A DNA stretch of 64,000 nt. It comes from Octopus vulgaris (Eukaryota). This document shows positions 50,918 to 64,000 of this stretch, piece by piece; position 1 is the first letter of the stretch, and each line of letters starts with the position of its first letter. The notes below the pieces were generated by a model that was not told the DNA's origin, searched no databases, and worked only from the letters and a program-made list of their open reading frames with translations. The DNA lies in NCBI GenBank assembly GCA_951406725.2, contig OX597825.1, positions 20,088,001 through 20,152,000 of the forward strand, in the 5' to 3' direction. The position numbers and the translations under genes are program-made.

Positions 50918-52449
50918 GTGAATCAACTGAAAATCTATTTGCTTTTTCTTTATTCACACGCATACATGTATTTATATTCTGTATATCAAGCCAAAAGAGT
51001 TTTATCTGTTTATTTGTATCATAGTTTTTGCATACATACATATATACATACATACATGCATATAGATGGATGGATGGATGCAGGGATGTTTGCATGCATA
51101 CAGAATGAGCGGAATTTCAACCTATCAATGCCCTAAGCTCTCGTAATTCGAGCAACAACAAAATTACAGATTCAAAACATCTCATAACTACCCGTAATAG
51201 ACAATTTAAATCAACTGAAGTTTATTTAATATTCTGATAACTATACTAATGTTCAACATACATTTCCCCCCTCCTATATTTCCGTATATTGCCAACATTA
51301 TTTCCATTAAACACCACTACACCTGTTCACCTATGTATCACCTTTAGTATTAATTCATCTCTTCCTCTACTTCTCACTTATTTGACCTTTGTTACATAAC
51401 ATACAACTTCTAGCGTATGTGATAACAATTGATAATTAATTTTTAATGTTATTCTTTGAAAATCACGCCAGGATCCTTTGTTCATATTACGTTCTATATC
51501 AAAATTAGATAGCAGACTTTATATCTTTGATTCTACCGTATATATTCTTGCAGATTTTACTTACATGACCTTTACTATAAAACAACTGTCCATAAATGTA
51601 AAATCTATTGTCAAATGTATTAATAAACACTTCGAAATTTCGAATATTATTAAATATATATAATTGCAGTAATGACTACAGCGCTATGATTTGTACATTT
51701 AGTACGTTATATTTCTGCCACCCATCTCCTCCTCTCACTTTTGTAGGTGTCGAGATCTGTCTTGTAACAACGTCGCTATTTCTCAACGAATTTTTGCCAA
51801 ACGTCGCAGAGAGATCCAACTTGAACCCGAACTGCAGCACGAAGAAAACCCCAGCTTTGTGATAATTTTAAGGAAAAAATAAAGGAAGAATAAAGGAGAT
51901 TGAGAATTGAAATGGTTAGAATGGTTGACATTAAGCGTTGAGTTCTTCTGGTGTTTTTTGTCGAAGTCAGGAATTTTGTCTATTTTGTATCCAGTTCTGG
52001 ATGACTTTGAACCTTGCCTAGTATCTCCCATGATGTTGCTCTAAGGATTATACAGCAAACACAGCGCATAAAAAAACACTAAAATTACGCTCTCCAATAT
52101 GTTCTTGTCTCAAACACTCGTGCAGTGTTTTTCAAACAGTGCCCCGCATCGAATTGGTACCCAAGACGTATCTAAGGGCACCGCGGAGTTTAAAAAAAAT
52201 ATGATTTAAGACGAGAAAATCTATTCTAACGTCTTAGCGTCATTATATTAGGATGATGACAATGACGAAGATGATGATGATGACAATGATAAAGACGACG
52301 ATGATGATGATGATGGCAATGGTGGTGTTGTAGATGGTGTGGGATAGTTACGATGACGGCAAGGAAGAAGTAACCAGGATCGGGATTATGACCATAAGGA
52401 ACAAGGTGAACGCCACGATGACATTGAGAATGATAACGAAGGTTAATAA

Positions 52450-52832
52450 TCCTTTAGACCATAGGCAAAAGGCATTAGATTTGTGGGGAGGGGATTAGTC
52501 AATCACATCGACCCCAGTATTCCACTGGTACTCAATTTATCGATCCCAAAAGAATGAAAGGCAAAGTTGACCTCGGCTGAATTTGAACTCAGAACGTAGC
52601 GGCAGGTGAAATACCTATTTCTTTACTACCCGCAAGGGCTAAACACAGAGAGGACAAACAAGGACAGACAAACGGATTAAGTCGATTATATCGACCCCAG
52701 TGCGTAACTGGTACCCCGAAAGGATGAAAGGCAAAGTCGACCTCCGTGGAATTTGAACTCAGAATGTAACGGCAGATGATATACCGCTCAGCATTTCGTC
52801 CAGCTCGCTAACGATTCTGCCAGCTCGCCGCC
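52450..52832 (-). mobile_element. SINE family B dimer
   Basis: Reverse complement of the consensus, two units. Confidence 0.88.
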
Positions 52833-53546
52833 TTAGAAAAAGGTTAATAATGCTGACTATAATCATCCAGGTCTTCCTTAATATCATCATCATCGTCTTC
52901 GTCGTCATTATTGACGTCGTTTTCGTCGTAGTAGTAGTCGTATTTGCTGTACTTTCATTGAGAGGAAAACGAAAAATCAAGAACAAGACAAACATTAAGC
53001 GAGAAGAAAATAGGAAGAAAACGACAAACGAACTGAGATAAAGAAGGAAAGAAAAACAAAGAATTAATGTATATTACATCTTCAGACTAAACATGAAACC
53101 AATTTATATGTTAAGAAATAGTTTATCCATTGACGTCAACAAGGCTGGATTTACAGCTATTAATATCGCAGGTCAACGCTTTGCTTTATCTATGTGAGAT
53201 GTTATCGTTAGGCCTCACTCATCGTAAAATAAATATCTCCATGAACGATATCCAAACTACAGTGGAAAAGATTAACCACCGGATTTGGTGGTAAAGAGAC
53301 GATGAGCGATGGCTGATAGTATATTAAGCTTTGTTTAATAACCAGTTGACCTAGCAAGCGGGGCCTCATATCAGTAAGGGGGCAATGATACCGCCGAGAG
53401 GTTCCACGAAACGGCGCGCATTCTCCCTTGAGGACCCCATACACTCGCTGGTTTCCGGAACTCTCGACTGATATCACTTGCATGTGCGAGTGTTTGTGTG
53501 TGTATATATATATATATTTGTACGTATGTATACATAAACTCATTAA

Positions 53547-53586
<40 letters not shown>

Positions 53587-53641
53587 AAATATAGTCTCCT
53601 CCCCCCAAACTTCAAGCCTAGTGCCTTTAGTAGAAAGATTT

Positions 53642-53643
53642 AA

Positions 53644-53686
<43 letters not shown>

Positions 53687-54010
53687 GAGCATGAGAGCAG
53701 TGCACGCTATTTAGTTGACACTGGCGTACACATATACGAAGCCCAAATATACCCATTATGACTACCCGTCTTGTAAGGGTATACCAGGCACATGCATCAC
53801 AACAATATGTGCGCAACATATTGATCTTATATCAAGATAAACCGCGCATGACCTTGCAGATTGGGCTCAGTTACAATTTTGTTTGGGTTGAGTATCTCAT
53901 CCTACACAAAAGGTCCCTGAATAAGGCGTGCTTAAGGATGATCATTGAAACACCCAGGTTTCCAGAGTTGAATTATTTAAACCCTAGATAATTCTTCACT
54001 CCATATGGCT
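53642..54010 (-). mobile_element. Probable 3' end of a non-LTR retrotransposon with a (TAA)n tail
   Basis: A GC-richer ~320-bp block ends abruptly in (ATT)n, which reads as a (TAA)n tail on the minus strand. No protein motif recognised. Confidence 0.35.
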
Positions 54011-54585
54011 ATCAGGCAGAGAAAGGCTAAAATCAAATACAATCCGATATGCATAATATGTACGTCAAACAGAAACAAGGAAACAAGGAAACAGAAAGGA
54101 AAGAAACAGAGATCGAAAATTATAAATCAGTCTGCCACATTTTGAATAAGAAATGTGTTCATTCTTGGTTTGAACTTGAACTAAACAGCCACGAGTTGGC
54201 CACTGCCACTTCAACCACTGATCCTGTAAATACAGTTGTCTACGATAATTTATCAACTCTACTGAACAGTTCAACATTTAGTTAAACTGTCGCAGACATG
54301 TTATTAATATTTTAACAAAATATCTTGACTTTTATGTATTTCAAAGATTATAATGTCGTCTGAAAGTGAACATGTGTGCACGTATGTATACGTGTGTGTG
54401 CATGTGTGTGTAGCATATATGTCTGTGTGTGTGTATATATATATTTATATATATATATTCAAATATATACATATTCATATATATATATATATACACAAAT
54501 ATATAAATATATATATATATATATATTCAAGTATATACATATCCATATATATATATCTATCTAAATATATATATATATTTATATA

Positions 54586-54721
<136 letters not shown>

Positions 54722-54811
54722 TAAATCTATATAAAATTAATCCAAACATGAAAACACAAAGAGAAAACACAAAGAGAAAACACAACGCGAGGACGTGGAG
54801 CAAGTATAGTG

Positions 54812-54860
<49 letters not shown>

Positions 54861-55319
54861 CGTTTATTTAGCATAACAATCATATCATGTGGTCAGTAGC
54901 AAAAATTCCGTGTAGATAATAATTATTATAGGTCGAGCTGAGGTTAACCATTCATTCTTTGTTCACTTTATCTTTTCACTTGTGCTATATGAATACATGA
55001 TATTGTTCAAGAGTCAGTTTTGACTGATATTTCTAGCATGGTGGTGCCTCTTCTCTACCCTTGATCATAATATGTTTGTGCTTGTGTGAGTATTATGGCG
55101 ATCAGAATAATATAACCTTGCCCAAGTTGCTATGCATTGATTAGAAGGTAGCGTTCTCAGCCTCACATCTATATCTGTCAGCAGCTATCATATGTGTTCT
55201 TAAACTTGCAATATTTATTGGAACACGCGTGCAGTTTGTGGTAACAGCACGAGATTTCCTATAGCTGCAATAAAGGACTCAATATATATCTTAATTCTTA
55301 GTTTTCAATAAAAGCTCAG

Positions 55320-55734
55320 GGATCTTTTCGGTTTGAACTGCAGTTTTTAACATAATTACTTGGTAACTAAAAAAATTTAAACTTCGTATACTGGTAAAAT
55401 GTGTTTATAAAACATCTTTTTCTCTCGGCTTTATTGAGAAAATTCTATACTTTGTAAGATATTTGGTATTTTTTTTCTTCAATTTCTGCAATTTCAACCA
55501 ATCAGTGACGTCTAAACATACTTTGCCGTATGAATATGTCCCTCGTTTAAGAAACAGATTGGGTTTATTTACATTTGTGAAGAAAAAAAGATACTCCTCC
55601 CCCACCCCAAAACCTAACTAAGCCTAACCTTAAAACACATTGAAATGCAAAAGATTGATACTAGGGTCATAATTATGGGTGACAATTTCATATTACACCG
55701 CAAGAAAAAACTGCCGTTCAAACCGAAAAGATCC
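55320..55734. mobile_element. Mutator-like (MULE) MITE with 9-bp TSD
   Basis: TIRs ggatcttttcggtttgaactgcagttttt / aaaaactgccgttcaaaccgaaaagatcc. TSD aaagctcag at 55311-55319 and 55735-55743. Confidence 0.88.
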
Positions 55735-56113
55735 AAAGCTCAGTTCTCATCTTATCGCACATCACTCCTGGACAGGTGAGATAGACGCTATCAATTTCCT
55801 TCTTGAACATTTGGAAGTAGCTATTATGGAAACATGTATGAGCAAGGAGGATATTTCAGAGAGACCATATTTTGGAGAGGAAGAGCTAAGAAAATGATTA
55901 GTGAGTCACTACAAATAGACTCAAAGTGGAGGTTAAGTGAAGGGAGAGACCTGTAGAGAGTCCATCTTAATAGTTGTAAAAGTATCTTAGAGAAGGGACA
56001 AGGTACTAACACGTGAGAGGCTAGGGCGTGTCTGTGAGTGGTTTTATGCCAATTAGTTGGGATGATCACACTCTGTATTTCTACATAATTCTATTGTAGT
56101 ACTATGTATCTTA

Positions 56114-56449
56114 CTCGCGGTCGTAGGATCGCGGTTTCGATTCCCAGACCGGGCGTTGTGAGTGTTTATTGAGCGAAAACACCTAAAGCCCCATGAGGCT
56201 CCGGCAGGGATGGTGGTGATCCTTGCTGTACTCTTTCACCACAACTTTCTCTCACTCTTACTTCCTGTTTCTGTTGTACCTGTATTTCAAAGGGCCGGCC
56301 TTGTCACTCTCTGAATATCCCCGAGAACTACGTTAAGGGTACACGTGTCTGTGGAGTGCTCAGCCACTTACACGTTAATTTCACGAGCAGGCTGTTCCGT
56401 TGATCGGATCAACCGGAACCCTCGTCGTCGTAACCGACGGAGTGCTTCC
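56114..56449 (+). mobile_element. SINE family A, 5'-truncated, 13-bp TSD
   Basis: TSD actatgtatctta at 56101-56113 and 56450-56462. The copy starts after the A box. Confidence 0.93.
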
Positions 56450-57547
56450 ACTATGTATCTTATAAGCGATATCGTTTGTCGATAAGAATTAAATGGTTTT
56501 GAAATGGACACCTCATCATGTATCAAATGTCGATCCGCTAATACATTGTTCAGCTACCGCCATAATGTAATATGAGAAACTAATATGATTACGTCTATGG
56601 GATAGCATTCTTCCAATGCTATCTAGTATAAGTAATTATATATGTCTCCCTTGACAAATTGGCAATTGTAATTATTTCATATTTCGATACTGATGTCACA
56701 GTATGATCGCAACGATCCATAATAACTGTGGTTCAGTGTTTGATACTGAGCGTTAACTACATTTCGAAAATACGTAATCGTCATAGGAATATTTCTCTAA
56801 GCTGTAAATTAGTTTACATGATACATCTTGCAACTATGATTACGAAGATTGTTGTACCGAGTTCAAATCGAACCGCGGAATACATATTGATTATTTATAC
56901 ACCCAAAACCAAGGATATTATACTATGAAACACTGACGGCTGAAACCGTTTAATAAGCGATGTTTTTACTCTACCCATCATATTTCCATATGACAAATGC
57001 TGATGGTAATACAGGAGACATGAGTTCGCATTGCATCTTTGTTTTTCCATCCAAGAGTGTTTTTTAACTCATTATTACCTATTATAATTTATATTATAAT
57101 TTATATATGTATCCATTTCGGGACTCACCATTATATTATCTATCAAACATCTTCACAAATCCTCCACATTTTCATGCTATGAACTAGACTATTGTGTGTG
57201 AGTGTATTATTTTCCCTACCTTAATCCTTTGTTTCACAAACTCATTTTTCCTGAGTTGTTCTCATCGTAATTCGTATATTATGTCACCTAAAATGTACGT
57301 TTCTCCATCCAAATTAAGCTAGAGTTCTATAAGTCACTCATGGCCATTTATTATTTCCCAGCCAACAACTTTCAGAAAATCAATTTAAAAATACACTTTA
57401 TTGAACCGACCAACTTTTCAGTACATTGCTGTTTGAAGATGCCATAAATGCTTATCTCGGATAATTATATTTTCTAGTAACCACCAGCATTACTTTCAGC
57501 TCTACTACCGCATATTAAAACACCACACCGTTACGCAACACCATAGC

Positions 57548-57958
57548 TGTAACTGCAGCACTAATAACCCTTTCTACTATAGGCACAGGGCCTGAAATGT
57601 CGGGGAGAGGAGCAGTCGATTACATCAACCCCCAGTACTCAAGTGGTACTTATTTTATCGACGTCGAAAGGATGGAAGGTAAGAATCGACCTCGACGGAA
57701 TTTGAACTCAGAACGCGAAGACAAACGAAATACTTATTTCTTTACTACCCACAAGGGGCTAAACACAGAGGGGACAAACAAGGACAGACAAACGGATTAA
57801 GTCGATTATATCGACCCCAGTGCGTAACTGGTACTTATTTAATCAACCCCGAAAGGATGAAAGGCAAAGTCGACCTCGGCGGAATTTGAACTCAGAACGT
57901 AGCGGCAGAAGAAATACTGCTAAGAATTTCGCCCTGCGCGCTAACGATTCTGCCAAAT
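57548..57958 (-). mobile_element. SINE family B dimer, inverted twin of 24406-24790
   Basis: Same diagnostic second unit and the same 3' extension ttattagtgctgcagttac. Confidence 0.88.
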
Positions 57959-59168
57959 CGATAACTTCATAATACAATTTCATACATACACAGGGCTACA
58001 TTTAGTAATGGAAAATTGTAGTAAACCCAAGAAAAAAATTAGCATTACATTACAACTAGCACTGCATCATTACAATTCCACAACTGTTATTACCACCAGT
58101 TAGCAGGCACACATACCAGCACCGAGACCTACAGTCACAAATACATAAATACATATATTATAATGCTATGACGTCTGCTATCGAACGATAGATAATGCTA
58201 TATACTCAACTCCAGCTACTACCAAATTTAATCCATCATAATCCTGTAGATTTTCCAACGCCATCACAGCCACAATTACAACCGCGCTAATACACCCCCC
58301 CACACACACACACACTTACTGAATAGTGTTAATGCCGATAACGAAATATTTCCCGTTCAAAGAAATATTTTCCAAAATATCCAAACCTGCTATTTGCTAT
58401 TCCACCTCGCGGATCTGGCGTTTTGTCATTTCGAAACATTATTCTTTGCTCCAACGCCAATAAATAGACTTTTGGCTTAAATACATCCAATATTAATATT
58501 TCTATATCTGCCGCTAACTATCTTGATATTCTTGAGTAACAAAGCAAACAACCAAACCGTTTGTCTTCACTCTATATTATATGTATTGAATGAAATTTGG
58601 CATTCTGAAAATGTCTGCGACTTATATAATAAAATGGCAGGGATCCAGGCTATTTTTGATAAGCATCTTATTCAGTTCAATCTCAGAATTTAATACCTTC
58701 TTTGTTATCTTTGCGTGTCGCTGCTGACAGTCATGGAACACTTTTGACATCAATCGAAAGACTGGCGTTTCGGATTTCGTCACTTTCACCAAGCTATGCC
58801 CATAAGCTGGAAATTTATATAGAGTGAAACAGTAAAATTTCTCAAGTGAAAACTCTATCTAGCTTTACTATTATCTTAGTTGTGGGCATATTTCACGCTT
58901 GTTAGTAACAGAATCGTTTTATAATTAACCAGTATCTCTTAGATTAGTGATTTCGAGTTCAAATCAAATTCTCCTAAATTCTGTATCTACAGAAACATCA
59001 CTATTGACATAATTACAAGCAAACGGTTCTTCTACCTTGTCTGGAAGCAAATTCAATATTGATTAACAAGAGTTTATGCTGTACAGTTTTTAATGTTTGA
59101 ATATAAGTTTATGTGAATCTTAACAGCTGAGTTGGCTTCCATGTTCTTTGGTTTATCCACTTGTTTGA

Positions 59169-59202
<34 letters not shown>

Positions 59203-59572
59203 GTGTGTGTGTGTGTGTGTTTATGTGCGTGTAAGTATATATATGTGTGTGTGTGTGTAATTATAAATATGTATACAGGAGCACTTTTTTGATATACACA
59301 CAAAGAAGCCTTAAGTTGATTCTTTTAAAAAAGTTCGATTCTCAATAGCGGCTGCTGGCCGCATTGTTCCGTCAAAAAAACTATTCCACAATCATTGTCT
59401 TGTATTCGAGATTTTCTTAATTTCCCCAAAATATATATACCTGCATAACCGTACATACATGCATGCATACATACACACTCACACTAAGCTAAACAAAACC
59501 ACACCAATCTGAAAGAAGGGCAATTGTCATGCGCAATATTTAATGATTAGATCCTCCCGCTCTTTTGTACGT

Positions 59573-59864
59573 TTTTTCCTTCTCGAGCCACGCCTGGCTC
59601 TTTAGGGCCGGTTTCCCGGTTTCCTTGGCGTATAGGTTCCCCACCTGGACGGGACGCTGGTCCATCGCAGGTGAGTTGCAAGATGCAGGAGGAAAGAGTG
59701 AGAGAAAGTTGTGGCAAAACAGTCAGCAGATGTTTCGTCATTACCTTCTGCCGGAGCTGCGTGGAGCTTAGGTGTTTTCGCTCATAAACACACACACGCC
59801 CGGTCTGAGATTTGAACCGGCAATCCCTCGACTGCTGCTCTAACCACTAGGCCATGTGTCTCCA
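59573..59864 (-). mobile_element. SINE sharing the family A head but with a different 3' half, 13-bp TSD
   Basis: Minus: tggagacacatggcctagtggttagagcagc…cagaccgggcg…gagcgaaaacacctaagctccacg…ccacaactttctctcactct, then the unrelated cctgcgatggaccagcgtcccgtccagg…gaaaccgg. TSD ctcttttgtacgt at 59560-59572 and 59865-59877. Confidence 0.88.
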
Positions 59865-60877
59865 CTCTTTTGTACGTAACTGCTACATATTTTATCGACT
59901 CCTCCTGTATTTACGAGCAGTAATATCGACGCCAGTGGTTTGTATTTCTATTCGGAAATCAGAGTTTAGAATTAAACACTCCATGTTCTTTAATCTTTTC
60001 CCTCTTTGTTACCATTTCTCCAACATCTTTTATATTCAAGAATTCGAATACATATCCTTCATTCTTTCGTTTTATCTTTGTCATTGTTATTCAGACAAGA
60101 ATACGAAGGAAATAATTCTGCCTAAACCCTGCCATTTTATGTCTTTTTCTTTTAATAGTGCCTTAACAATAAAAGAGCCATAAAGATTCCAGGGGAAGTA
60201 TATTTACTTTGAATTTCATGGTTCCAAATTGGAAGATGTACTGTTGAAATTACATATATACTACGATTAATGGTTAATTCGAATTTCACAAATCCAAATA
60301 TATTATAATTAAAGTCAATCCCAAAATAACATTATATTGTAATTCTAAAAGCTTGTTTCCTAATTGAATTACTTCAATCCTTGTTTCCATGTTTTATTCT
60401 TCTATTTCAATTTTGGTTTCTTGTTTTTTTTTTGTTGTTGACTTTATTTTTCTGATTTTGTCGTTTTTATCTTGTTTTCATTTATTTATATCTGTTTTTA
60501 GATCTAAATGTTTTCAAATGAAATATTCAGTTTGTTCCGATTAATTCTCACTTTAAATTGGTTATAAAATTACTCTACTAAGGAATGTTATTTCTTTTAA
60601 ATAAATTTCATAAAGTAAAAGGTAAATTTTGGATTTTAAAGTGTTTTAAATAGAAGTTCATTATTATTGATTGCTAAAGCAGTAAAGTGTGTTCGTAATT
60701 AATTTAAGAAATTATTGCATAAGTAATTTCAATTCACTGACAGTAATTAAAAAGTTCATTGCAAATATTAAATAATAAAATAAAAGTAATTTTACAGGTG
60801 AAGTGATTCTGCATCACAATTTCGATTCTCGTCAACTACAGTAATAACAAACGTCGTATTATCATAAATTTTACTTA

Positions 60878-61445
60878 GGTGACAAACTGACAGACTCGTT
60901 AACACGCCGGACGAAATGCGTAGCCGTATTTCGTCTGCCGTTACGTTCTGAGTTCAATTTCCGCCGAGGTCGACTTTGCCTTTTATCCTTTCGGGGTCGA
61001 TAAATTAAGTACCAGTTACGCACTGGAGTCAATATAATCGACTTAATCCGTTTGTCTATCCTTGTTTGTCCTCTCTGTGTTTAGCCCCTTGTGGATAGTA
61101 AAGAAATAGGTATTTCGTCTGCCATTACGTTTTGAGTTCAAATTCCGCCTTTCATCTTTTCGGAATCGATGAAATAAGTTCCAGTTGAACACTGGGGTCG
61201 ATATAATCAACTTAATCCGTTTGTCTGTCCTTGTTTGTCCCTTCTGTGTTTAGCCCCTTGTGGGTAGTAAAGAAATAGTTATTTCTTTCGATTTCACTTT
61301 CTGCATTCGAATTCCCCCAAAGTCTAAATCACCTTTCATCCTTTTCAGTTCGATTGAATAAGTACCAGTGAAACACTGGGGGGTGATTTAATCGTCTTCT
61401 ACACCCCCACCCAAATGATTGACCTTGTATCAAAATTTGAAACCG
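60878..61445 (+). mobile_element. SINE family B trimer
   Basis: Three successive units, the last most diverged. Confidence 0.88.
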
Positions 61446-62159
61446 ATATATATCATTGCTTTTTTCATAACGTATTTAAGTTCCTTCAGTTCCATCAAAT
61501 GAATGGGAAGTGTTTTCTTGATTCACCAGTATAATACAGCATCTGCCCAACGAATTTTCAGGAAAAGTATGACTTCGCGAGATGTCTCAAGGGATTTTGC
61601 CAGCAGGAATTGTATATAAGGTAATTATATGCAAGGGATTGTTCGGGTATGTTTTGTATTCAGTTTTATGATCATTATATTAACATACAGACACACACAC
61701 AGTCATACATACACCCATACACATACTCATACACACACTGCTTATTCCCTAATGTATGGAATTCTTGGTATATGTATGTTGTCAAGAGTCTCAACAGGAA
61801 ACATGATATTTAATTACAGAATGGTAAGGGAATTTAATTTGGACAAGGTTTGTTTACTATGGAATTTCTCATACGCTGTTATAGTGAGGCCTAATGGGTC
61901 TAGCACAACCAAAACTTTCAAAAGTAGATAGACTTAATCTTTTACGAAATTTATACTTTTAAAATGAAAGAAAACGTTGATCTCTATTTATAAATACAAA
62001 TCCTTCTCACTTCCTCTGTCTCTCGACCCTCTCCATCACTCCAATTGCAGGTACTACACCTTATGTTATTGCTCACATTCTCCTACTTTCACTTCTAAAT
62101 CACTCTATGTCGTCTGCCTCCCTTCGCTTACTTACATGTTATATACACATGAACAAAAC

Positions 62160-62640
62160 CTTTGTAAGCCAAGTACTTATTCTATCGGTCTCGTTTGCCG
62201 AACTGCTAAGTTACGGGGATATAAACATACCAGCATTGGTTGTCAAACGATGTTGGCGGGACAAACACAGACACACAAACATACACACATTCCAATGGTA
62301 CAATAGCAATTAATAGTGTTCCCACACCTAACTCACTAATCATACTCATGAATAGAGAAGTATGTACATGTTTCTATCATCCAAGCCCTGACAGAGCAGG
62401 TTTCTGGGGTGTGTGTGTGTGTATGTTTGTGTGTCTGTGTTTGTCCCCCGAACATCGCTTGACAACCGATGCTGGTGTGTTTACGACCCCGTAACTAAGC
62501 GGTTCGGCAAAAGAGACAGATAGAATATGTACTAGGCTTACAAAGAATAAGTTCTGGGGTCGATTTGCTCGACTAAAGGCGGTGCACCAGCACGGCCACA
62601 GCCAAATGATTGAAACAAGTAAAAGAGTAAAAGAGTAAAA
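62160..62640. mobile_element. Two SINE family C 3' halves in inverted orientation
   Basis: 62160-62290 (minus) is the reverse complement of ~62412-62545 (plus). Confidence 0.88.
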
Positions 62641-63429
62641 GTATGTATTTGTTCGACTTAGCCCTTCTTGGAGGTGCACCAGCGTGACCGTAATCTAGTA
62701 ACTGACTATACGAGATATTCAGCCCAAAGCATTCCGTACAGTAAATTTCTGGTTGAAGAACCGACCCCCATATTGATTTATTAAAGAAGATCACACATTT
62801 TTTGAGGGTATGGGAATAGACAATCTACTGAACACTAGAAACCAAATGACATCCATCATTTAATAAACATATGAATGTATGTATACGTTTGGGTGCAATG
62901 GTATATGTTTGTGAACAGCACATGCCAAGCACTACCACGTCCTATATATGAGCATACATTATATTTATATTTCATGCAAATGTTTAGCAACAGCAGTTCC
63001 CTTTGTTATGGAAACGATATAATGAAGCAAACCACATTATGTCTCAAGCGATTGTTTTCTATTAGCATTACGCGCAGTAATTCAGTTCATATGAACAAGC
63101 TCTATGTCGATATATAGTAACGTTTGATTTTTTTTTCCTTCCTATGTTTGTTTCGGATAGATTCGTGGGCATTTTCGTCATTTATTTAAATTTTGTTCCA
63201 CTTGGGAAACTTCGTTTCAGTTGCAATTTTATTGTACCCCTAGGGTAGACATTTATCTTGCGTTTTATCGATCCGTTTCTCTCACTTTCCATATAAATTT
63301 CGTCTCTTACTTCTCTTTCATCCAATACATATAATTAAACGATATATAACATGTATATAAATGTATATAATTAATGCATATTTTTGTTATTTAAAAAGAA
63401 CGTGAAAATATATATGTGAGTAATGTCTG

Positions 63430-63552
63430 TTCATATATATATATATATATAAATATTTAATATATATATGCATGTAAGTATATGTATATATATATATATA
63501 CATAATACATATATATATATATAATGGAGATATACAAGTGTATATATCTATC

Positions 63553-63584
<32 letters not shown>

Positions 63585-63627
63585 CAAGTATGCATTTATA
63601 AGTAGGCAAAACTATGATTAATGTCTG

Positions 63628-63675
<48 letters not shown>

Positions 63676-63751
63676 GTTTATATGCATGTGTGTACATATA
63701 TATATATATATATATACATATATAATCTATACATGCATCTGTGTATTTGTA

Positions 63752-63798
<47 letters not shown>

Positions 63799-63855
63799 GC
63801 ATATACAAACATTCAGTTATATGTGGGCATGCATGTATATACATATATATACATG
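63430..63855. repeat. Compound (TA)n/(CA)n low-complexity block
   Basis: Read directly. Similar blocks occur at ~18640-18815, 45060-45500, 47160-47330 and 54430-54720. Confidence 0.93.
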
Positions 63856-64000
63856 ATTGCCTATGTATGCGTCTGTGTGTGCGTGTGTGAATGTATTCAC
63901 ACATATTGCTCTTCCAGTTTTTCAATCCGTCATGGCATTTATTTGCTTGTTTACATCATTTCTCTCTCCCTCTCTCTCCCCCTCTCTCTTTCTCCCTTTG

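Noticed and set aside
55610-55632. Telomeric-like cctaac repeats
   Set aside because: There are only about three degenerate units, internal to the Mutator-like MITE.

Overview
This is very AT-rich eukaryotic DNA dense in microsatellites and retroposons. The SINE repertoire and the extreme (TA)n/(CA)n/(ATT)n load suggest an octopus-like cephalopod genome, but that is inference. I find no convincing host protein-coding gene: nearly all ORF-track entries are translations of microsatellites or SINEs. Recognisable content: three tRNA-derived SINE families (many copies, several with exact target-site duplications, TSDs), decayed LINE fragments (RTE, Tx1/L1-like, CR1/L2-like), a Tc1/mariner fragment, MITEs (Tigger-like, Mutator-like), two non-autonomous Helitrons and a 33-bp minisatellite. 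The main hidden signal is about ten minimal type-I hammerhead-ribozyme (HHR) motifs from several unrelated short element families. Most lie in or beside (TA)n tracts, and several have self-complementary stem III. They include a same-strand cluster at 33.2-34.1 kb downstream of a possible GIY-YIG remnant, a G3:C8 compensatory core variant and a U6 core-variant family. Long fold-back elements in the same TA tracts point to Penelope-like or retrozyme-like non-autonomous elements. All structures were folded by eye and no database search was possible.
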